Notes under the pieces: model-generated | The model's input: the letters and a program-made list of their open reading frames with translations, nothing else | Told to the model about the DNA's origin: nothing | Databases searched by the model: none | DNA from: Botryllus schlosseri | Lineage: Eukaryota | Length of the DNA stretch: 64,000 nt | NCBI GenBank assembly: GCA_051294905.1 | Contig: CM119377.1 | Span: 2,914,001 to 2,978,000, forward strand | Direction: 5' to 3' | In this document: piece by piece, positions 55,801-64,000 of the stretch | How the letters are laid out: each line of letters starts with the position of its first letter | Position numbering within the stretch: the stretch's first letter is position 1 | Translations under genes and position numbers: made by a program

Positions 55801-57414
55801 ATGAGTAGAATACTACAAAGTAGGCCTATACATGTTGCAGACTTCGCATTCCTCATGCAATTCAAAAGATGAAATTATTGACGTAGAAGATATACTTGTG
55901 GCCACGTTTATCATCTGTACTAATAATGTTAAGTGGAAAATGTATTATTGCTCACAAATCTTAAACTGTGAAGTCAGACGTACTCATGTTCTTCACTGGG
56001 TTAGCCTATAGTGATGGAATCATGACCTTGTATTTAAGAATCGCCATCTATATACGATAGATAGACACATCGTGGTCAGTATGATGACACGTTGACAGTT
56101 GATTTGTCCGTGATTCATTTTAAAATACGCCGTTTGCACTAAAAAAATGACCTACCGGCCCTTTTGAGCTACGTTAAAGTGGAACGCAAACTGGATTTGC
56201 CTGTTTCTCTGTGTTTTCTTTTGGGTGTGAATCCTAATGACAGCATTGTGTTGAAAGAAATCTGCTCAATGGCAGTAAACGAATAAAACTGAAACCTCGT
56301 AAATAGGAATATGCTGACGCGCTATATCTGCGAGATCTCAATGACGTAGGATAGAACTGCTCTTAGGCAATTATGAATAGCATCTAATAACAGTAAAGTA
56401 GTAATAAATTAAAATAGAAAAATCCCGCGTGACATTCTCTGAAATATTCCAATGACGTAGGATGGAACTGCCCTCAGGCTGTAGTGATTTAAGATATAAT
56501 GAATTTCAGGAATTCAAATGGGTTAGCCTACGCTATCATGTCAAATCTCTTAAAAGCCTATAATTTATGGTAATCTAATACTTCCTGATGTTATCATCTA
56601 TAAATATTTACGGGAAATTATTAATAATCGTCATGATATCAGTACATGTTTCACCTGTACCGTTAAAGTGGGGCGTTTGGTTCATGAGTTCCAAATCGCT
56701 GATACATACCAGACCAAATTAAAAAAACTCCTTTGATCAGACTCGTTCAATTTCAAATTAGCAATTTTTAACGGGAGGTGGTGATATTTTCCTGTGCCAG
56801 TTGCGTTTATGTTGGAGGGGTCGATTGCAGGGACAGAATCATTAGGTGCCAGCCATTTAAGCACCCGAAAATCTATATCGAAGGCTTCGGAATACAAGGG
56901 TCGGTTTTATGGTGGTCAATCATTTTGGGAGCGCACTTTGCGGAGTCGCATGTAGCCTACTTTATATATCTTCGTGTGTCCCTGAACGGAAGTTGCCGGA
57001 GCTAACAGTCCCCAACCCCCATACTGAACTGACACTCCTACAGATTCAATCAACCCAACGACCTCAGGCTACTCTAGTGCATCTACTGGTACGGTTGTAT
57101 TGTCATAATTGAGAATGCAGCTAAATTCTATAATGGGTATTTGCGGAATAATTTTTTTTCGTCATACCGATAATAAAATCAAGACATGAACGGACACTAA
57201 ATCGCGCGAAGCGCGAAGAAAAATTTTAGGTCGCATACATTTGCCCCAAAATACTCTAATATCTATTGATTTTACGAAAATTTTCAAAAAATTTGGGGGT
57301 GGGGGAGCGCCCCTTTCGCCCCCCCTGGCTACGCCAGTGCTGGCTACTTGGTAAAATTGTTAGGTTACCTAATTTAAGCCTACACACAAAATTTGGATCA
57401 ATTCCAGCCAGTAA

Positions 57415-57682
57415 CCGAGCGAGATAGTGTAATGGTTGTGCGTCCGGCTTCTCGATCGGCAGGTCGTGGGTTCGATCCCCGGCCGGGTCACACCGAAGAC
57501 TCGAAAATTGGTATCCGCAGCTATCGTGCTAGGCGCTCAGCAATCACGGATAGCATGGAGGAGAAAAAAAAAACGGGGGCGCAGACTAGATGACCTCATG
57601 GGGCCGTATCGCAACTCCGTCGTCAAAGCATCTCGATGGTGCAGGCGAAAAAGAATATCATCTCTCTCTCTCTCTCTCTCTC
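57415..57682 (+). mobile_element. tRNA-derived SINE with Meta-like core and (TC)n tail
   Basis: A box TAGTGTAATGG, B box GGTTCGATCCC, GGTCA.ACC.AAGAC..AAAA.TGGTA…GCGCTCAGCA. Confidence 0.85.
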
Positions 57683-57894
57683 TTCTCGCTTCGACGATCT
57701 TACGCGTAAGCTCCACTCTCGCACGCTGCGCACGTGCGTATATAATAATATACAGTCACTAAAATTTGACGTAGTAAGCAAGTAGAGGGGAATCTCGGCA
57801 GACAGGGGCCACGGGCCGCATTTTCATTTAAGACGGAAAACTGTCCGCGGGCCGGATCCGACCCGCGGGCCGTATGTTACCCGCCCCTGCTATA

Positions 57895-59920
57895 AGCCTA
57901 CGTAGTTTGCAGACAAGATTTCGTATGGTATATATTGATTATATCAGCTAATGATGTACCAAGATTCAAGTCTGTCACTCATTGATTAGGGTAGTAATTG
58001 CCTTACCGAATTCGACCATGCCTAGGTGAGAGTCAGACTGAAACTAGGCTACCGCATAACAGATTTTACGCAGAAGTCGCTATTGATATGTGTTAATTTT
58101 GACGGTGTTCGATACGTATTTGGGAGACAAGATTTCGTAAGGTTTATCTTGATTATATGAGCTAACGATGTACCAAGTTTCAAGGCTATCACGCATTAGG
58201 GTAGGGTAGTCCGAGCGAGATAGTGTAATGGTTATGCGTCCGGCTTCTCGAGCGGTAGGTCGTGGGTTCGATCCCCGGCCGGGTCATACCAAAGACTCGA
58301 AAAATGGTATCCGCAGCTATCCTGCTAGGCGCTCAGCAATCACGGATAGCATGGAGGAGAAAAAAAAACGGGGGCGCAGACTAGATGACCTCATGGGGCC
58401 GTATCGCAACTCCGTCGCCAAAGCATCTCGATGGTGCAGGCGAGAAAGAATATCATATCTCTCTCTCTCTCTCTCTAGTAATTGTCTTATCCAAATCGAC
58501 TATGTATAAAGGTGTGCGCTAAACTAAAACTACGCTACCGCATAGCAGATTATACGCAAAAGTCGATATTGATGTGTGTTGATTTTGACAGTGTTCTATA
58601 CGGAGTTGGGAAACAAGATTTCGCATGGTATATCTTGATTATATCAGCTAACGTGTCAATTTTCAAGGCTGCAATTCAATGATTAGGGCAGTAGTTTAGT
58701 TAGCGATGAGTACACCCCAATCCTTGAGTTACAACCCTAAAACTTGGACCAGTGTTGGATAACATCATGAAGATATTCCATACGTAAAAATGGACACCGG
58801 CCAGTGCCGGCTTTTGCATAAATTCTGTTATGCGGTAGGCTGGATTCCAGAGGTCAGACGCTGCAGCTGCAGGTCTCTACACATACACGGTCGACTTCGA
58901 TAACGGAATTATTGCCGTAATCATCGGATGACGACCTAGAAATTTGCACAGTGTTTGATGACATCGCCAAGATATACCATAGTAAACCTTGTGTCCTCAT
59001 TCGGTATATAACACTGTCAAAATTAGTACAGACCAATACCGACTTTTACGTAAATCTCTTTAGCGAGCATCTAGTATAAATACGAGACTTCGGAAACGAA
59101 ATTACTGCCCTAATTAGACAGCCTTTAAACCTGGCAGTTCGTTAGCTGATATAATCAAGAAATACCATGCGAAATCTTGTCTCTCAAATACGTATAGAAC
59201 ACCGCCAAAATCAACCGATATCAATAGCGACTTATTGCGTAAAATCTGTTATGCGGTAGCCTAGTTTCAGTCGAGCTCTCACCTATGCATTGTCGACGTT
59301 TACGAGGCAATTACTACCCTAATCATAGAGTGACAGCCTTCTAACTTCGCACATCGTTAGCTTATGTAATAAAGATATAGGCCTATCCTACGAAGTCTTG
59401 TCTTCAAACTACGTATAGAATACATGCAGTCAAAATCAAAACATATCAATAGGGAGTTTTGCGTAAAATCGGCTATGCGTATTGCGTAGTTCGCGCACAA
59501 CTATACATAGTCGATTTGAATAAGGCAATTACTACATTAATCTTAAAGTGACAAACTTGAAACTTGGTGCAATGTTCGATGGTATCGTCAAGATATAACA
59601 TACCAAATCATGTGACCCACCCCGGTATAAAACATCGTCAAAATCAACACATACCGATACCGGCGTTTGCGTTAAATCACTGTTTCAGACGGATCGACAA
59701 TAACATACTTGACTTCGATAACGAAATTACTGCCCTAATCATGAAGTGAGGACCTTGAAACTTGGTACAGTATTAGATTACATCATCAAGATATACCATA
59801 CAAAATCTTGTCACCCATCTCGATATGAAACATCGTCAAAATCAACATATACCAATACCGGCTTTTGCACTGAATCAGTACTGAAAACGGATCGAAAATA
59901 ACAATCTTGACTACCCAAGT
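57895..59920. repeat. About 205-215-bp tandem repeat in two opposed arrays (foldback)
   Basis: agacaagatttcg recurs at about 57921, 58125 and 58611; reverse-complement copies from about 58730 to 59900. Confidence 0.8.
58211..58475 (+). mobile_element. Same SINE, near-identical copy inserted in a satellite monomer
   Basis: TAGT duplicated on the flanks; empty site GGGTAGTAATTG at about 57989. Confidence 0.85.
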
Positions 59921-60095
59921 GAAGCGTGAAGAAGAGAATTTTTTTCTGTGTCCACACCACCTTTGAGTACACTCTGATGTTATCGACAATTGACAAGTAT
60001 TCATTATGACGTGACAAGCCGGTACGGCGGCACCTATGTCTTCGTTGCTGCATGCGATGTTACTGACTGCTGGCATACTCTCGATTACTATAGAT

Positions 60096-61182
60096 CAGGG
60101 GTCGCCAACTCGAAACGGGTCGCGGGCCACTTTTCAAATTTCGTAGAGGCGGCGGGCCGCATGAATTCGATATCGATGAAAAATAGGCAACAACGTTCTA
60201 AAAGTCTACGTCAGTACGACGGTTAGCTACCGATGGACGTATTGACCACAAACGAAATAATATTTTATTAAAGGATTACAAATACAACAAAAGATCATTA
60301 TCATCAATTTTATTTTATTTAGAACTGTGAGCTGTGCACGATACCTGGAAACGATTTTCAGCAACTAAGGAATCGATATTGGGACTGGCGAGATACGTGA
60401 CTAGCCGAAAGACCATCTTCACGTAAAGCTCGATGTTGTGGCGAAACCCGAAGCCAGTGGTTCTCAAACTTTTATAGACACGCCACCATTTCTGATACTC
60501 AAAAATCGTCATATCACAAAATGCAACCAGAATGCTAGCAATCCCAACGTCTAGTTTGATGGCATGGAAGGGTATGACTGTTGATAAGAGAATTCTCTAA
60601 GATGAATTCTGGACTATACACAGAGCAATAACATTCCATCGAGGGAAAATCAGCTGATATGAATGGGCATACTGTCTTGACTTGCAATGGCCCAAACAAT
60701 GCCAAGACCGAGACGCTTACAAAACGGCTTAGGGCAGTGGTTCCTAAAACTGGGGAGCTCGCGCCCCTCGTGGGGGCGCGAAAATATTTTCAGTTGAGCG
60801 CATCTCCGCCTCCCCTTCTGATGCTTTCGCGTCCCCACGAGGGGCGCGCGATCCCCAGTTTTAGGAACCACGACCCTAAGCCGTTTTCTAAGCGTCTCGG
60901 TCTTGGCAGTGTTTGCGCCATTGCAAGTCAAGACTGCCCATTCATATCAGCTGATTCTCCCTCGATGGAGTGTTGTTGCCATCACCACAGCCGTCTTTGC
61001 TAGTGACGAATAGTGATATTGGGCACAAGAGAATAGCTTATTTTGAAACAACAACAGCAACATGTTGAAACTGTAGTCAATCTTAGCATTTCAAATTGGT
61101 TTTCTTAGCTTTCTTCCGAAATCTCAAATCAGGTCGCGGGCCGCAGAATATAACTTGGTGGGCCGCGTGTTGGTGACCCCTG
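60096..61182. mobile_element. hAT MITE containing an internal palindrome
   Basis: CAGGGGTCRCCAAC termini; TSD CTATAGAT. Confidence 0.85.
60625..60979. repeat. About 355-bp near-perfect palindrome
   Basis: cagctgatatgaatgggca…cttaggg mirrored as ccctaag…tgcccattcatatcagctg. Confidence 0.9.
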
Positions 61183-61226
61183 CTATAGATAACTAACCTA
61201 CGGGTAAATTAGTAATCTATATAGAC

Positions 61227-61930
61227 CAGGAGTGGCCAACCTTTTCGGCTGAAGGGCCACATGAAATTGACGAACGAGTGCGCTGCCCACTAGCCGCGCC
61301 AAGCGCGTAAAATTATAAAAGTTACCACTCTATTATTACTTGGGTATATTTCGGGTCGACTGTATACCGCCCGCTTGGATCAGTTTGCAAGGACAGGACT
61401 ATTCGGCATCTGGACATATCGATATCGAAGATTTCCGCTAATTTACGACAATCATTTTGTGCCTACATTTCATCGTCGACGATCTTTCTGCGAGCGCAAA
61501 AGCGAAAATACTTTCTCTCGAAATTGCGAATATATAGTTAGACTCAATCGGCTAAATCAGGCATTTTTTCATTTTCAGGTGGGTGTAGGCTACAAAGAAA
61601 GAAATCGTGTGACAATTAAACACGCGAAGCGTGAAGGAAAATTTTACTACTTATTTTTAGTTTATTGTAATGTACGACGATTTACTCAAAAATGAAACTG
61701 GACCCTGGATCAGCTTAAGCGTCGGAACTGATATTTTAGTCATCAATATCCCAAGTGTCGCGGCCAGACTAATCATATTTTTGGTTGGCATTACAAGTTC
61801 ACAATCTGAGCAGTTCAATTTCGATAATATAACATAATTTCGACAATATAATGGGAAATTAGCTTGCGGGCTACTGAAAACCTTCTCGCGGGCCACATAT
61901 GGCCCGCAGGCCGCAGGTTGCCCGCCCCTG
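61227..61930. mobile_element. hAT MITE
   Basis: CAGG.G.GG.CAACC termini; TSD ATATAGAC. Confidence 0.85.
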
Positions 61931-63000
61931 ATATAGACAGACACCTTCGATTGTTTTCAGAGCCGGAGCTGGAGCCGGAGCAGTGGTAATAATACGGCTC
62001 CGGAGCTGGAGCTGGAGCTAATGTATGATAGAAGAAAGCTCCGGAGCTGGAGCAATGCAAATTTACGGCTGCTCCAAAGCCCTGGTCGGAACGGATATTT
62101 TAGTCATCAACATCCCAAAGTTTGCGGTCAAGCTAATCAAATTTTCGGTTGGTTTTGCAAGTTCACAATAAATTACCTGGCTAATTTATTTCTTGATATT
62201 ATAACTAATTTCGATAATTACCTCGCAGGGCAGTCAAAACCTCGCTGGTTGGTCGCCCCTGATTTGGTTGGTCCGCATGCTTGCCTGAAATATCGCGTGC
62301 ACCAGGCCAGGACTGAAATCGTCACTGGCTTGAACTATCGATTCTATACAGCAGGTCAGGCGTGATATCGTCACTAGCCTGAACTACCGAGTCTACAACA
62401 AGGCCAGACTTGATATCGTCACTAGCCTGAACTATCGAGTCTACTCTACGTCTACAGCAGTCCTCGCACTATAGAGTACTCGCACGATTTGCCTGCTATC
62501 TCAATTTATGCCATTGCTGTGTCATACTGGCTTAAGACTGACAACGTGAAATTGAATAACTTTGGCTCTGCGCAATTGGTCGCAATTCGCAAACCGACTA
62601 GAAGGGGCGCCAAAAGATGAGACATGCCTGAATCACTTGAAATCGATGCCATTACAGAACAGATTCCACAGCAGACTATATCATTTTGATTGGTGAAAAA
62701 GTTCGTCGTCACGTAGGTTGCGAAATGCGTATTCAATTGTTCGCGCGCGTGTTGGTGAATAGTGAATATTTGGTACCGTATTGAAGCGAGATAGAGGAAT
62801 CGCTAATTGACGGCACCGCCGGACTTGCTGGCAAGCTTACGCGTACTGATACGCGTATCTTCGTCAACACGCGGACCCTTGTCTTATCCATGTATTATCG
62901 TCATTGACGCATGTACTTAACCCTAATAAATTAATGCTACCTTGGTAAATTTCAAACAATTTGAAACCCCTTCCTTTTTCGTATTGCCACCCCGTGTAAA

Positions 63001-63910
63001 AATAAAAGTCACAATCACAGTGGGACTTATATTCGTACACTACATTACTTTGTTGAAGTGCACGGTTACCCTGAACACGTCATCAGCTGCGGCATAGAGA
63101 GGAAATTAATGCAATTCAACGCAGAAAAACCAACAGAGCCCACCGAACGAACAATAAAATATGTTTATATCCATCTACCTTGGATTGGCCCCATTTCCAC
63201 GCGCTTTGAAAAACAATTGATTTCTGCGATCAGTAAGTGTTACGACACAGTCAAAACCAATGTGATTTTTACGACAACACAACCGCTCCCTTCAACACGC
63301 AAAGACGTTCTCCCTGCACTTCAACAAAGTAATGTAGCGTACGAATATAAGTGCCACTGTGATTGTGGCTACGTGGGGAAAACGTCAAAACGTCAAAATG
63401 TCTACAGGAACGCATAAACCAACATGTCGCCAGATTCATCAGAACACGTGCATCCCGCTCAGTGAAAAGCTCACCCTTAACTCATCCGCTTAAGATTGAT
63501 GCTGACCGATCAAAGGCCATTAATTCTGCCATTGGCAAACATCTGTTAGATAATCCGATTTGTGCGAATAATTATCGAGACGACCTATTTCGAATCGTTG
63601 GTCGAGGCCGTTCACAATTCCATTTGTGTGCCTTGGAGTCGACTTTTATCAAAATACACCAACCAAAACTCTGTCAACAAAAGGAGTTCGTGTACCACCT
63701 AAAAATAGTACATTGAACGCTCTCCCATTCACGAAATTTCATGCTGGTGACGCAATATTTTGTGATACGATTGTTGATATACAATGTTCTTTCCAATTCT
63801 CCACTAGTTGCTGACGATAACCCCTGACGAGTGTCAGCCGAAAATATTCGGGTTCATTTCAATATGAATATACTATTCAATTGTATATTGAAGTTCTGTA
63901 CCTCCAAGAA
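63001..63910 (+). mobile_element. Penelope fragment with inverted 5' duplication
   Basis: GIY-YIG YEYKCHCDCGYVGKT; 63001-63060 is the reverse complement of about 63318-63375. Confidence 0.9.
63819..63854 (+). ncRNA. Minimal type I hammerhead ribozyme motif in Penelope pLTR
   Basis: AACCC-CTGACGA-G(N7)C-GAA-AATATT-C-GGGTT: helix I 5 bp, palindromic helix III. Confidence 0.65.
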
Positions 63911-64000
63911 GCTCTTCAAATAAAATAGTATTTACGGTGACCGATTCTTTGTTTATTTATTATAGTTGTGCTCACCGTAAATACTATTTTATTCAAATCA

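Noticed and set aside
57415-57490. tRNA genes at 57415, 58211, 51073 and 3110
   Set aside because: A and B boxes are present but there is no full cloverleaf; they continue into SINE core and tail.
60650-61003. Mirror-image ORFs on both strands
   Set aside because: Artifact of the palindrome.

Overview
AT-rich, repeat-dense genomic DNA from an invertebrate animal (inferred from spliceosomal GT-AG introns, TTAGGG-type motifs, MetaSINEs and Penelope elements). No prokaryotic features are present. The backbone is a large minus-strand locus of the PARP14 type, running from about 51.7 kb to beyond the window start. In transcript order it has a cluster of symmetric phase-1 micro-exons, RRM-like exons, PARP14-type KH exons, an unusually long KH array built from a 3-KH super-repeat, further PARP14-like KH modules (some disabled), and a macrodomain. 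No WWE or PARP catalytic domain is visible in the window. The introns and the region upstream of the gene carry an apparently intact two-ORF PIF/Harbinger transposon, Penelope fragments with hammerhead-ribozyme motifs, many hAT MITEs with 8-bp TSDs (several nested), MetaSINEs, and a PHD-bearing TIR element. They also hold a foldback satellite and an unassigned repeat family whose 48-52-bp unit reads as a 16-17-aa peptide repeat. All exon calls and alignments were made by eye and need RNA-seq and HMM confirmation.
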